Origin: Planctomycetota bacterium
Lineage (GTDB): Bacteria > Planctomycetota > UBA8108 > SXIK01
Length of the DNA: 64,000 nucleotides
Assembly (NCBI GenBank): GCA_965223265.1
Contig: OZ244999.1
Span: forward strand, 800,001-864,000
Direction: 5' to 3'
Part shown: positions 49,013 to 59,635 of the stretch, piece by piece
Layout: each line of letters begins with the position of its first letter
Numbering within the stretch: the first letter of the stretch is position 1
The notes under the pieces: generated by a model
Databases searched by the model: none
Seen by the model: only the letters and a program-made list of their open reading frames with translations
Told to the model about the DNA's origin: nothing
Translations under genes and position numbers: made by a program

Positions 49013-50341
49013 ATGAAACATCGCGTCGTCGTGTCTATTGTTCTGTGCCTCGGCCTACTCGCCGTCGGCATCGGTGTTCTCAGATTCCTATACTCGAAGC
49101 GACCTCAGCCGCCGTCGACAAAGGGCGAGGCGGAGAGCCTCTCGGTTTCGACTGAGGTGCTCGTGCGCGGCAGCCATCGCGAAACCGCGCAGGGCTACGG
49201 CGTCGTGCGCGCTCTTCGCGAGACGCTCGTCAGCGCTGAGGTGACCGCCGTCGTGGTTTGGGTCTCAGACGAGGCCGAGGCCGGCCAGCGTGTCAAGCAG
49301 GGCCAGGAGCTTGTGCGGCTGGACAGGCGTGATTTCGAGCTTCGCCTGGTTTCTGCGCGCGCGCAACACGCCGAGGCAGAAGCCGCGCTGAAGGCACTCG
49401 AGGCCGAGCGCGAAAACATATCCGCACGAATCGTCCTGAGTCGTCGGGAGCTCGAGTTGGCCGAGCGCGAGCTGGATCGACGCCGACAGCTCGAGGGGAT
49501 CAACCTCTCCCCCAGCGAGCTCGACGAGCAGATTCAACAAACCTCAGCGAAGGAGCGCTTGCTTCTTGAAATGACCCTTCGCGGCGAGGTACTTGAGCAC
49601 GAAATCGTTCGCGCCCGTGCGGTAGTCGATGCCCGTCTCGCCGATGTGAGCCAGCGTCAACGCGATCTCGACCGGACGGCCGCACGGGCACCATTCGGCG
49701 GCACGATCGTGGCGCGGCACGTTGCGGTGGGAACGCGGGTCGATCCTGGCACGCCGCTCTTCGACCTTGTCGACGGCGATCGTGTCGAAGTCGCCGTTTC
49801 CCTTGGGGCGCGCTACTACGATGAGGTTCGTATCGGTGCGACAGCGACTTTGCGGCGTCACGACGGCGGCGCCGTGTTGTGGACTGGAGCGGTTCAGCGC
49901 TTGGGGCCCAAGGTTGATGCCGACGATCGGACGTTCACGGCCTATCTCGAGCTCGACGGCGGTGAAGTGCCACTGCCGCCTGGGAGTTTCGTGATTGCGG
50001 AGATCGACTCGCTGGAGCACGACGACGTGATCGTCGTGCCGCGCGTCGCTTTCGCGAACGATCGCGTCTTCGTTCTGGCGCCGGCGCCCGCCACGCACGC
50101 GGGCGCCGGCGGCCAAGTGAGGATTGCAGAAGCGCGGCGACCGGTTGTGCGGCGCTGGCTGCCTGGTTTCGCCTTGGTCGACTCCGGGCTTCGTGCCGGA
50201 GAGCGCGTGATCGTCACCAGTGTCGAAGAAATCGATCATGGCACACGCGTCGTGCTTGCGGTGCCGGCCGTGCAGGGCGATGAGACTGACGCCCTACGCG
50301 AGCGCGAAGGGGCTGAAGCTTTGAGGTCGGCCGACCCGTGA
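49013..50341 (+). CDS. RND efflux periplasmic adaptor (membrane fusion protein)
   Basis: N-terminal TM, lipoyl halves 'GQRVKQGQELVRLD' and 'RAPFGG', coiled hairpin, 'GLRAGERVI'. Confidence 0.9.
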   Translation: MKHRVVVSIVLCLGLLAVGIGVLRFLYSKRPQPPSTKGEAESLSVSTEVLVRGSHRETAQGYGVVRALRETLVSAEVTAVVVWVSDEAEAGQRVKQGQELVRLDRRDFELRLVSARAQHAEAEAALKALEAERENISARIVLSRRELELAERELDRRRQLEGINLSPSELDEQIQQTSAKERLLLEMTLRGEVLEHEIVRARAVVDARLADVSQRQRDLDRTAARAPFGGTIVARHVAVGTRVDPGTPLFDLVDGDRVEVAVSLGARYYDEVRIGATATLRRHDGGAVLWTGAVQRLGPKVDADDRTFTAYLELDGGEVPLPPGSFVIAEIDSLEHDDVIVVPRVAFANDRVFVLAPAPATHAGAGGQVRIAEARRPVVRRWLPGFALVDSGLRAGERVIVTSVEEIDHGTRVVLAVPAVQGDETDALREREGAEALRSADP

Positions 50342-53300
50342 ACTTGCCGCGCTTCTCGGTCCGCAATCCCGTGGCCGTCAATCTGCTCATGTGGAGCATC
50401 CTCCTGGTCGGGCTCTATGCTTGGAGCGAAATGCCGCGGGAGTTTTTCCCCAACATCGAGCCGGAGAAGGTGTACATCACGGTTCCTTATCCCGGGGCGA
50501 CGCCGGCGGAGATAGAGAAGTCTGTGACGCGGCGCATCGAGCGTGAAATCGAGGATGTCGATGAGATTGAGAAGATCGAGTCGAAAGTCCTCGAGGGCGC
50601 CACTGTCATTGTCGTCACGCTTGAGGATGACGCCAACCGCGATCGCGTCGTGAACGACCTGCGCACAGAGATCGATAAGGTTGAACGCGAGCTCCCAAGC
50701 GAAGTAGACGATGTCGAGTTGGTTGAAGTGCGTCCCTTTATTCCAGTGATCTCCGTAGTTGCATTCGGCGATGTTTCCGAAGAACGACTGCGAGAGACGG
50801 TGCGAGACGTTCGCGACGACCTGCTAGAGATGGACGAGATCTCAGAGGTCATGCTGTCTGGACTGCGTGAAAAAGAGATTTGGATCGAAGTTGAGCCCGC
50901 GCTACTGGAGGCGTATGGAGTCACCTTCGAGGAGGTAGGACGTGCTGTAGCGCGCACCAATTTGGACATGCCCGGTGGCCAAGTTCGCACAAGTCGCGGC
51001 AACATTCGCGTCAGGACGATGGGCGAGAGTGACCGTGCGGCACAGCTGAGAGGACTCATCTTAAGAAGCCAGCCAGATGGCAGCACTGTTGCGCTGTCAG
51101 ATGTGGCGACAATTCGAGAGACGTTTGAGGATAAAATCGAGCGCGGCGGGTTTCAGGGCAAGCTCGCCGCTTCCGTTGCGGTGTTCAAGTCACCCGAAGA
51201 AGACGCTCTCAAAATCTCGGAACGTGTGAAGGCATACATCGCGTCCCGCCCCGAGCGTCTTGGTGGTGCGATCAAGCTGCAGACGACGACGGATCTGTCT
51301 CGATTCATCTCACAGCGAATCGACCTCATGGTGCGGAACGCGCGTGCGGGGATCATTCTTGTCGTCTTGGCTCTCGCTTTCTTTCTCAACGTTCGCGTCG
51401 CGTTTTGGGTGGCGATGGGGCTCCCGGTCTCGTTTCTCGGAACCTTCGCACTCATGCGGTGGTTCGATGTCTCCATCAACTTGATCTCACTCTTCAGTTT
51501 GATCATCGTTCTCGGCATGATTGTCGACGACGCGATTGTCGTCGGCGAGAGCATCTTTACGCGTTTGCGTCGTGGCGAGAAGGCCGATGCGGCAGCTGAG
51601 CTCGGCGCTTGCCAGGTTGCCACTCCCGTGGTTGCTGCCGTGGCGACCACTATCGCTGCATTCGTGCCGTTGGCGTTCGTCTCAGGGCAGATGGGGAACT
51701 TCCTCGTCGTCATCCCCAAGGTGGTGATCGTGGCGCTTTTCGTGTCGCTGATCGAGGTCTTTCTGATTCTGCCCGCGCACCTTGCGCATCGCAGGTCACG
51801 TCCCTCGAAGGTGTGGTTGCCACGATTGCGAGCTCAGCTCGATCGTCTCGCCGCCCAGAAACATCGTCTGCTCGAATCGATGCTTCCGAACCTTCTCGAG
51901 CGCCTGCTGCGCTTCGTCTTGCACTGGCGTTACGTGACGTGTTCGTTCGCTGTCGCCGTCGGTTTAGCAACCGTCGGAATTGTCGCGGCCGGGATCGTTC
52001 CGTTCGTCCTCATTCAGGACGGCGACGCTGAGAACATCAGCGTCAATCTCGAGATGGTCGCAGGCACTCCAGTGGAGCGTACGCAGGAGGTGATCAGTCA
52101 GCTCGAGCGGCTCGCCCTTTCGATCGACGAGGTCGCCTCAGTCTTCTCTGTCGTCGGCACGTCGTTCTCTGAACGCGGCCGTGAGACCGCTGCCGATCCG
52201 GCGACCGTTGCTCAACTCCACGTCGAGCTGCTCTCCGCTGAGGAACGAGAACGACGTGGAATGCGCTCGTCTGAGGACGTCATCACTTCCTTTCGTCGGC
52301 GTACTGGAAGCATTGCCGGCGTGCGCAAAATCGGTTTGATCGCGCAATCGGGCGGTCCCCAGGGACCTGACATCGAGATCCGCCTGCGCGGGGACGACCT
52401 GGATCAGCTGGCGGCTGCGTTGGCGCACGTCAGATCGGTCGTCGGCGGCTATTCCGAGATCTACGAGATGGAAGACGACTTGAACGTGGGCAAGCAAGAG
52501 GTTCGGCTGCGGCTTCGTCAGAGCGCCCACGCGCTGGGGCTCACGACGTCTGACTTAGCGCTCCAAGTACGCCACGCACTGTTCGGCTTTGAGGCTCAAA
52601 AGCTCCAGGCCGATGACGAGGAGGTGAAGGTCCGCGTCCTGTTGCCGGACGCGGATCGCCGAAACCTCAGCGATCTAGGGCGATTGCGGGTCGTCTCGCC
52701 CAGTGGGCACCGGGTGCCGCTTGCAGAAGTCGCCGAAGTGTACGCGACCCGAGGTTTTGCCTCCCTGGCAAGAGTCGACGGTAAGCGCGCCGCGACGGTC
52801 AGGGCGGAGGTGGACGAGGCGACCGGCAACGTCGACCGATTGACCACAGAGATTGAGCGAAGGCTCACTGATATTTCGCAGCGCTTCCCTGGGATCTCGA
52901 TGACGTTTGAGGGGCAGCGCAAAGAAACGAACGAGTCCCTGGGATCCCTAGCGATTGGTTTCCCAGCGGCCGTCTTGATGATCTACGCGCTGATCGCTGT
53001 TTTGTTTCGTTCTTATTTGCAGCCGTTCATCGTCATGGTCGCCATCCCTTTTTCCTTCATCGGTGCTGTCGCCGGGCACCTGCTCATGGGATTCGAATTC
53101 ACGCTGCTGTCGTTGATCGGCTGTGTGGCCCTCGCGGGGATCGTCGTCAACGACAGTTTGATTCTGGTGGACTATATCAATCAACTACGCCGGCAGGGCA
53201 GTGATACGCTCCAAGCTGTCGTTCAAGGGGCACGGGCCCGGCTGCGGGCGATTTTGCTCACTACGATCACGACCGTATTGGGTCTGGCGCCTCTGATGCT

Positions 53301-53490
53301 CGAGCGCAGCTTCCAAGCCAAATTCTTGATCCCCATGGCGATTTCGATCGTTTTCGGACTGGCGTTCGCCACGCTACTGACGCTTCTGTTGATTCCGACG
53401 CTCTATCTGGTCCATGAGGATTTTCGGGCGCTGTTCCGCGTCGAGCCGCGTCAGGAGGTCGGTGCTGCTTCTGATCAGAAGTCGGAGTGA
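50338..53490 (+). CDS. RND efflux permease (AcrB family)
   Basis: 'RNPVAVNLLM', 'GMIVDDAIVVGE', 'GIVVNDSLILVD', 'RLRAILLTTITT'. Confidence 0.95.
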   Translation: MNLPRFSVRNPVAVNLLMWSILLVGLYAWSEMPREFFPNIEPEKVYITVPYPGATPAEIEKSVTRRIEREIEDVDEIEKIESKVLEGATVIVVTLEDDANRDRVVNDLRTEIDKVERELPSEVDDVELVEVRPFIPVISVVAFGDVSEERLRETVRDVRDDLLEMDEISEVMLSGLREKEIWIEVEPALLEAYGVTFEEVGRAVARTNLDMPGGQVRTSRGNIRVRTMGESDRAAQLRGLILRSQPDGSTVALSDVATIRETFEDKIERGGFQGKLAASVAVFKSPEEDALKISERVKAYIASRPERLGGAIKLQTTTDLSRFISQRIDLMVRNARAGIILVVLALAFFLNVRVAFWVAMGLPVSFLGTFALMRWFDVSINLISLFSLIIVLGMIVDDAIVVGESIFTRLRRGEKADAAAELGACQVATPVVAAVATTIAAFVPLAFVSGQMGNFLVVIPKVVIVALFVSLIEVFLILPAHLAHRRSRPSKVWLPRLRAQLDRLAAQKHRLLESMLPNLLERLLRFVLHWRYVTCSFAVAVGLATVGIVAAGIVPFVLIQDGDAENISVNLEMVAGTPVERTQEVISQLERLALSIDEVASVFSVVGTSFSERGRETAADPATVAQLHVELLSAEERERRGMRSSEDVITSFRRRTGSIAGVRKIGLIAQSGGPQGPDIEIRLRGDDLDQLAAALAHVRSVVGGYSEIYEMEDDLNVGKQEVRLRLRQSAHALGLTTSDLALQVRHALFGFEAQKLQADDEEVKVRVLLPDADRRNLSDLGRLRVVSPSGHRVPLAEVAEVYATRGFASLARVDGKRAATVRAEVDEATGNVDRLTTEIERRLTDISQRFPGISMTFEGQRKETNESLGSLAIGFPAAVLMIYALIAVLFRSYLQPFIVMVAIPFSFIGAVAGHLLMGFEFTLLSLIGCVALAGIVVNDSLILVDYINQLRRQGSDTLQAVVQGARARLRAILLTTITTVLGLAPLMLERSFQAKFLIPMAISIVFGLAFATLLTLLLIPTLYLVHEDFRALFRVEPRQEVGAASDQKSE

Positions 53491-53687
53491 AAGGGTGGCG
53501 GAAGTGTGGCGCGGGTTTCATAATGTGCCTGCCGCGCGGAAGAATCGTGAAGCCTGACGCAGTCCACGACGCGACTTACGGTGCCGCAGTACGAATCTTG
53601 TGAGAAATGCGGGCTGACGAAGAGAGGGGACTCGTGGGCCCCAGCTCGCGCCTGCAAGTCGGCTAGTATGTTGAGCAGCGAAGAATT

Positions 53688-55685
53688 ATGATGAGCGTCA
53701 CGCGGTTGTGTCGTCTGCCGCTGGGGAACGCGGCCGGCTTGAGGCGACTCCGAGAGCATGGCCGGCTGAGCTGCTGCGTTGCTGCGCTTTTTGTCGGCGT
53801 CTGCGACCTGACTGCGCCTCCGACGCTGCGAGCTGATCCTTCGTATCAAGTCGAGTTTGGTTACCGCCGCGTTGTGGCGCCGGAGCGGATGGCGCCGGTC
53901 GCTGTGTCGCTGCAGGGCGACAATGTCGACCGAACGATCGACCTCCGCATCCGTGGTGAACCGGCGGTGAGTCAGAGGATCGAGCTGCCGCAACGAACGA
54001 ACAAGCGGATCTTTGTGAGCGTCCTACCAGAGACGACGCGTACGAAGGGCGGCGTACCAATCCTCGAGCTGTTCGAGGGCATGCGGCAGCTACACGAGGA
54101 GCAGCTCATTCCGGTCCGATCCGTCGACGGACGTCTCATGCCAGTGATCGGTGGCCCCGCGCTCCGGTTTTCCGGGGCGACGACCGTGCCAATCGATGGT
54201 GGGTTTGTCCCGACTCGCATTTCTGCCTTTGAGGGCGTCTCGGCCTTCGTGATCTACCCCAGCGGCTGGAGTGAGCTTTCCGGCGACGCGGTGGCAGCGC
54301 TGAAACTCTGGGTTGGTGACGGCGGTGTGCTTGTTTTACCCACGATCTCTGGTTCACAGCGACTTCTTCTGCCTGCGACGCATCCGTTCGGCCCTCTGAG
54401 CGCCGCGCAGGCGCAGGTTTTTCGGGGCCTGTGCCGCGATCTTCAGGAACATATCAACGTCCCCAGCCGCAAGCGATTGAGACGCCAGTCGAAGGTTCAG
54501 CCGTGGGACATCATGACGATCGCGGCTGCCCCGAGCGTCTCCACCGCGGTCTATCCCAAACACGCCGACTTGCCGGTGCTGCTCGCGAAGGCATCGTATG
54601 GGTATGGAAGCATCTACTTTCTGACGTTCGATCCGCAAACGCTACCACGCAGCAAGTGGCCCGACGCTGACGCTGCCCTGGCGACGATCATGAGGCGGGT
54701 CGATCCGCCGTCGGCACCTGCATCGACTTCGCGTGCCGATTCCAGCGTCGATACGGCACTTCTGGCGACTCGATCGTCGCGCGTTTGGTTCGTACTTTTT
54801 CTTGTTGTCTATCTGGCACTCATTACGGTGGGGGACTACGTTCTCGTCAGGCATTTTGGCAAACCTAGGCTCACATGGTTGTCGTTTCCGCTCTCCGTGC
54901 TGCTCTTCACGTTTCTCGCCGTCGGGATGGGTCAAGGCCGCGTCGGGGACGCGAAGTACCACGAGTTGACTTGGGTCGACACGCTCGGAGGCGAATGGCC
55001 CGGGGCTCCAACGGCTATCGCCGAAAGTGTTGTCGGTCTATATGCCGATTCGAACCAACAATTCACCTTCCGGCCCACGAGCGAGGGAGCCGTCGTCCGA
55101 CCGTGGCGTCGCGGCGAACAGGGCGCAACGTATCTGTACTCACAATCCGAGGTCGTCCTGAACGACAAGATGAGCATCTTCAGCGATCACTTCTATCGTG
55201 TTCTCTGGCGCGCGGACTCATGGTTGACGCGAGCGACGTGGAGCCGTGAGGGACGCCTTGGCGCAGTGACCATCGAGGGATCGCTGCCGAGTGCACCGCT
55301 TTATTGGGTCGTCGGCATCAACGATCGCCTTTGGTGGTTCGCCGCAGATGGCGTTGAGCGGACCAGCGAGGGTTCCTGGAAATGTTTCCTCGACTCCGGT
55401 GCAACGTCGGCACCGAGCACGTCGCTGTGGGAGGGGTTTCCACCGACGCAAGTCGGTGAGATGGTGACGCGCAACACGAGTCTCCTCTATACGAAGGGCG
55501 CTGACGACGACTCCGCGTGGGTGGGTGTGGTCATGGCGGAGCCTTTTCCCGTCTTGTCTGTCGACGAACGTTCGCCTGAGCCGCAAGGTGCCGCCATCAT
55601 CCGCTGCGCGGTCCGAGGGGCACCGGGCAAGCGTGACACGGAAACCGAGCTACCGGTGGAGGATCCAGTCCTGGATGAACGATGA
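53688..55685 (+). CDS. Hypothetical membrane protein associated with an ABC transporter
   Basis: 'YGYGSIYFLTFDP' and TM pair 'VYLALITVGDYVLVR...TWLSFP'; overlaps the ABC ATPase; start uncertain. Confidence 0.65.
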   Translation: MMSVTRLCRLPLGNAAGLRRLREHGRLSCCVAALFVGVCDLTAPPTLRADPSYQVEFGYRRVVAPERMAPVAVSLQGDNVDRTIDLRIRGEPAVSQRIELPQRTNKRIFVSVLPETTRTKGGVPILELFEGMRQLHEEQLIPVRSVDGRLMPVIGGPALRFSGATTVPIDGGFVPTRISAFEGVSAFVIYPSGWSELSGDAVAALKLWVGDGGVLVLPTISGSQRLLLPATHPFGPLSAAQAQVFRGLCRDLQEHINVPSRKRLRRQSKVQPWDIMTIAAAPSVSTAVYPKHADLPVLLAKASYGYGSIYFLTFDPQTLPRSKWPDADAALATIMRRVDPPSAPASTSRADSSVDTALLATRSSRVWFVLFLVVYLALITVGDYVLVRHFGKPRLTWLSFPLSVLLFTFLAVGMGQGRVGDAKYHELTWVDTLGGEWPGAPTAIAESVVGLYADSNQQFTFRPTSEGAVVRPWRRGEQGATYLYSQSEVVLNDKMSIFSDHFYRVLWRADSWLTRATWSREGRLGAVTIEGSLPSAPLYWVVGINDRLWWFAADGVERTSEGSWKCFLDSGATSAPSTSLWEGFPPTQVGEMVTRNTSLLYTKGADDDSAWVGVVMAEPFPVLSVDERSPEPQGAAIIRCAVRGAPGKRDTETELPVEDPVLDER

Positions 55686-56640
55686 CACGAAGTCCCAGGT
55701 CGACGCGCCGCGGCCGATCGTGCGGCTGCGAGATCTGACCAAAAAGTTCGGCGACCTGGTTGCGGTCGACAACGTGAGTTTCGAGCTCTATCAGGGCAGC
55801 ATTTTCGGATTCATCGGCCCGAACGGAGCTGGCAAAACGACGACGCTAAAGCTCATCGCCACTCTCATCGAACCGGACCGCGGTCAGATCGAAGTTTGCG
55901 GTTATACGACGAAGAGACAAGCCAGGGCTGTACGCCGCACGATCGGCTACATGCCAGATTTCCTCGGTGTCTACCATGGCTTGACCACTGAGGAGTATCT
56001 CGATTTCTTTGGCGCGACGTATCGAGTCCCGCCGGCGAAACGAACGAAGATCATTGACGATTTGTTGGCATTGACGGATTTGACTGAGAAGCGAAAAACT
56101 TTGGTGACGTCGCTGTCACGCGGCATGCAGCAGCGTCTGGGATTAGCCCGGTCGCTCATCCATGACCCGAAGCTTCTACTTCTCGATGAGCCTGCATCAG
56201 GGCTCGATCCACGCGCTCGCGTGGAGATCCGTGAACTGTTGAGGGAGTTGGCGCGGATGGGAAAGACGATCATCCTATCGTCGCACATCTTGGCCGACCT
56301 CGAGGAGCTCAGCGACCAGATCGGCATCATCGAGCAGGGAAAACTGTTGTATACCGGAGATACGCGTGATGCGATTCGCCATCTGCAGCAGGTCACGCCG
56401 ATTCACCTCCGTGTCGTCGGCAGTCCGGAGACAGCTGCCCGTATCCTTGAGCGTCTCGAGGAAGTGGAGCGAGTCGAGGTCGAACGGGAATTCCTGTCGG
56501 TGACGATGAATGACGGCGCTGGAGAAGAGGTGATCGCGAAGTCGCTCGTCGACGCCGGAGTCGGCGTCAGGTATCTGGCGCGGCAAACCGTTCGCCTTGA
56601 GGATGCGTTTTTGTCGATCACGGAGGGGCGCGTGCAGTAG
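55675..56640 (+). CDS. ABC transporter ATP-binding protein
   Basis: 'GPNGAGKTT', 'LSRGMQQR', 'LLLDEPASGLDP', 'SSHIL'. Confidence 0.95.
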   Translation: MNDDTKSQVDAPRPIVRLRDLTKKFGDLVAVDNVSFELYQGSIFGFIGPNGAGKTTTLKLIATLIEPDRGQIEVCGYTTKRQARAVRRTIGYMPDFLGVYHGLTTEEYLDFFGATYRVPPAKRTKIIDDLLALTDLTEKRKTLVTSLSRGMQQRLGLARSLIHDPKLLLLDEPASGLDPRARVEIRELLRELARMGKTIILSSHILADLEELSDQIGIIEQGKLLYTGDTRDAIRHLQQVTPIHLRVVGSPETAARILERLEEVERVEVEREFLSVTMNDGAGEEVIAKSLVDAGVGVRYLARQTVRLEDAFLSITEGRVQ

Positions 56641-58297
56641 CTGTGGAGTGGTCGTCCGGGGTCTTGGCGTGGTTTCGCCGCCTGAACCAGGCGAGGACGA
56701 GAACGGCGGCACTGAACGCGACGCTCAGAGGCTCGAGCGTCCAACCGATTGTCGTATAGAGACTCTGCGCGCTCTCGAACGCGACGGGCACCGTCGTCGC
56801 ACCGTCGATTCCAGCACCAATGCAAAGCGCGTCGATGCCGTCGGGGCTCGTCAAGTAGGCGCCGCTCCAGCTGCTGAGGGCGATCCAGCGCCGCGTCTCG
56901 ACCGCACGCATCGACTGCATGCGCAGGAGGCTCTGAAGCGCTTGCTCGCTCCAGGGGCGCGAATCCGTCAGCGAAGCTACGAACATCTCGGCGCCGGCGA
57001 GGCTCTTTGTTCGTGTTTGCGCCGGATCAAGCGTCGAGAAGCCGACAAGCAGCGCGAAGTCTCCGTCGCGGCAGGAGTAGACGTTCGGCGTGTCACTCTC
57101 TTCGAGGCGCGAGGCTGCAGGATCATCGGGTGACGTGTTCGCGTCAGCATCCACCGTGGTTTCGAGGTAGGTGGCCGCGAGTTTCGAAGACGCGGTCAGG
57201 AGAGCGCGTGCGTTGAGCGTCGGCTCGGCCGCCTGCCGTGGCTGCGCGTCGACTTGAGGCGCCGGGTTCACCGCGAGTGTGTCGCTGATTCTGCTCAGAA
57301 GGTCGTCGAGATTGCCGCCGTCGCTGAGATCGGTGACCTCAGCGCCCGGCCAGACAGTGATCACAGGTCGAATCTCGTGAACCGCACGAACCATCTCGAG
57401 TGTGTGCGCACCTGGGCGATCGCTGAAAGAGACAAGAGCGATCGTCGACCCATCGCTGTTGACCCCTGGGGGAAGCTCCTCCCCGACGTGCCGCGCAGCC
57501 ACCGGGATCACGAGTGCGCACGCCGCCGTCGCGATTTGTAGCCGCTTTCGCGTCGTCGTTAAGCAGCAGGTCAGGAGCACGTTGGCGAGGAGGATCGCAG
57601 CGCCGAGACCGTGGACGCCGACGGCGCAGGCCCATTGGGCGGCCGGGTCCGTGCCGGGATCCAGGGCGTATCCAAGCATCAGCCAACCGCGCACCCAAGG
57701 GGCGTGAAAGACGCTCAACGGGCCGCGGAGCACTTCGCTCGCGACCCAGAGTGCCGGCAGGCCGATCAGCCAGATGACACGGGGAGCCCGCAGCACCGGC
57801 CCGGCCGCGAGTGCGAAGGCAGCGGGAAAAAGAGCCATCGTGATCCACGCTGCCGCGCAGCTGCCAAGGGTCAAGATGCTGGCCACACCTGCCGCGTGGG
57901 TGGAATGCTGCGGCAAGATGAGGTGGTAGAACCACGGCAGTGAAGTGGTCGCCAGAACGAAGCCGAAAACGATACCGTGGACGAAACGCAAATGCGCGGC
58001 TGCTTGGTGTCTGTGCCGGTAGAGGCTGAGGAGAAGCGGCACGAGAGCGAACCAGCTGAGACCGCTGTAGTGAAAAGGTTCGTGGCAGAGTCGCAACAGG
58101 AGCGCGCTGACGAGGCCGCCGAAAAAGAGTGGCACCGGGGCTGAAGCCGGTCCTCGGCAACATTTCACACGCCGCGGAGGTGAATCGTCTGCACGGCACG
58201 TGTCATCGCTGACGGGAGCGGACGGTCGATCGAAAAAACTCGTCACAGGACCGCCAAAGGCTAAGGGGTCGATGCGTTGGCCGAAATCGAACCGCAC
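56618..58297 (-). CDS. Apolipoprotein N-acyltransferase (Lnt)-like protein with degenerate active site
   Basis: Lnt-type TM domain ('LSWFALVPLL', 'LWVASEVLRG', 'W..LGY', 'GVHGL') and 'MRAVETRRW'; catalytic motifs altered; start uncertain. Confidence 0.7.
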   Translation of the reverse strand: MRFDFGQRIDPLAFGGPVTSFFDRPSAPVSDDTCRADDSPPRRVKCCRGPASAPVPLFFGGLVSALLLRLCHEPFHYSGLSWFALVPLLLSLYRHRHQAAAHLRFVHGIVFGFVLATTSLPWFYHLILPQHSTHAAGVASILTLGSCAAAWITMALFPAAFALAAGPVLRAPRVIWLIGLPALWVASEVLRGPLSVFHAPWVRGWLMLGYALDPGTDPAAQWACAVGVHGLGAAILLANVLLTCCLTTTRKRLQIATAACALVIPVAARHVGEELPPGVNSDGSTIALVSFSDRPGAHTLEMVRAVHEIRPVITVWPGAEVTDLSDGGNLDDLLSRISDTLAVNPAPQVDAQPRQAAEPTLNARALLTASSKLAATYLETTVDADANTSPDDPAASRLEESDTPNVYSCRDGDFALLVGFSTLDPAQTRTKSLAGAEMFVASLTDSRPWSEQALQSLLRMQSMRAVETRRWIALSSWSGAYLTSPDGIDALCIGAGIDGATTVPVAFESAQSLYTTIGWTLEPLSVAFSAAVLVLAWFRRRNHAKTPDDHSTATARAPP

Positions 58298-58654
58298 GCA
58301 AGAGACAGGATTCGACTCGCGTTCCTCTCACGTTGGCCCTTTCAACACACAATAGTGCAACCACGCGCCGACGTTTTAGGCAAAAGATTGGCGACACTGC
58401 AACAGGAATCTCGACGTCCCAAGTCTTCGCTGTCGAAGAAGTTCGGCAGAGATCGATGTCGCACGCTCGGTTTTTCGTTGCCGCTCGTCGTTCGACGGGC
58501 AAAATAATGAAGCAGTTCATCGAGAGCTCTTTGTTGCCGGAGCGACGGTCGCTCGAAGCACCTGTTCAACCGGCCGAGTGATTCGTGAACGGCTGGATCA
58601 ACCTGGATTCGTAAGAGTTTTGCTTGCCGCTTGGGCGACAGAAACGCTTCGCGA

Positions 58655-58737
58655 CTCGATCCTTTAGCGTAGCCAAGGACAGAAGAGGGCGAAGCAGTTG
58701 TGCTACCGATCGACTCCTGAAGATCGAAGGATCCGAG
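58655..58737 (+). ncRNA. Candidate three-way-junction RNA upstream of the HNH gene
   Basis: Stems 58655-58664/58727-58737, 58665-58673/58697-58705 (G-U pairs favour the + strand) and 58707-58711/58722-58726. Confidence 0.3.
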
Positions 58738-58779
58738 CGCGCGGAAAGATGACGTCGTGCAGCGAGTCAGATCGGTCGT

Positions 58780-59397
58780 ATGAACGCGGGGTTACTCTCA
58801 GAACCAACTCTGGTATTGAATCGAAGCTGGTTCCCCGTAAGGGTGTGCTCCGTTCGCCGCGCTTTGACTCTCTCTTTCAAAGGGCTTGCGAGCATCATTT
58901 CGACGGAAGACTTCGTCGTCCATGATTTCGACTCGTGGCTTGAGCGTGGGACCCAAAACGGCGAACGCTACCTTCAGAGTGTGCGTTGTCGCATTTCGGT
59001 ACCCGAAGTGATCACGCTGCGGACGTACGATCGGTTTGTGCAGCCACGGGTGGTGTTTTCGCGCCGGAATCTGATGCGGCGCGATCACTATACGTGTCAG
59101 TACTGCGCCAAACGTTTTCCCGTCGACCGACTGTCGATTGACCACGTTGTGCCGCGGTCTCTGGGCGGTTCCTCGTCCTGGACCAACTGTGTCGTGGCTT
59201 GCACGACCTGCAACGCGCGCAAGGGGAATCGCCGTCCGGATCAGATCGGCATGCGAACGCTGCGTCCGCCGCGTGAGCCATCCCCTCAGATGGCTCTGAA
59301 CCTGCAGTTGGGCGCTCGCAAACCGAGCTGGGAGCGCTTTGTCAGTCGAGGGTTTTGGGCCGCCGACGGTGGCGAGGGAACAGCTGTCGACGGTTGA
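58780..59397 (+). CDS. HNH endonuclease (McrA-like)
   Basis: 'TLVLNRSW', 'VPEVI', 'FSRRNLMRRDHYTCQYC', 'SIDHVVPRSLGG', 'WTNCVVACTTCNARKGN'. Confidence 0.93.
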   Translation: MNAGLLSEPTLVLNRSWFPVRVCSVRRALTLSFKGLASIISTEDFVVHDFDSWLERGTQNGERYLQSVRCRISVPEVITLRTYDRFVQPRVVFSRRNLMRRDHYTCQYCAKRFPVDRLSIDHVVPRSLGGSSSWTNCVVACTTCNARKGNRRPDQIGMRTLRPPREPSPQMALNLQLGARKPSWERFVSRGFWAADGGEGTAVDG

Positions 59398-59402
59398 CCT
59401 CG

Positions 59403-59580
59403 AGTGTGGTTGTTCGCCTCAGGATGCTCTTGCCGTCTGGCCACTGCGGACGCAGGATGGTGTGTGGTGGAACTTGACCGAATGTCACCGGGCCGGCTCA
59501 AAGCGAGACGGTCCCCGGACTGTGACGGGCCGTCCATTCGGCTCCTACGATTTTGACACGGCGAATCGATCGCGACATTG
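59403..59580 (+). ncRNA. Candidate rod-shaped structured RNA (~175 nt)
   Basis: Nested stems 59406-59418/59560-59573, CCGAATG/CATTCGG, GTCAC/GTGAC and CCGGG/CCCGG; followed by a terminator-like hairpin. Confidence 0.4.
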
Positions 59581-59599
59581 TGACTGCTAGCGATAGCTC

Positions 59600-59635
59600 G
59601 ACCTTTCACGAACCGCGAAGGTCTCTTGTTTTTTT
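59600..59635 (+). terminator. Putative intrinsic terminator
   Basis: GACCTT...AAGGTC stem followed by TCTTGTTTTTTT. Confidence 0.55.

Noticed and set aside
58300-58330. tmRNA-like 5' string ACAGGATTCGAC
   Set aside because: No GGGG acceptor start and no T-arm/CCA 3' end at the expected distance.
58378-58420. c-di-GMP-I riboswitch-like GGCAAAA
   Set aside because: No matching GNRA stem or GACGCAAAG element.
59435-59530. Cobalamin riboswitch-like words GCCACTG and CCCCGGACTGT
   Set aside because: They occur in the wrong order and the AGGGAA and B12-box elements are missing.
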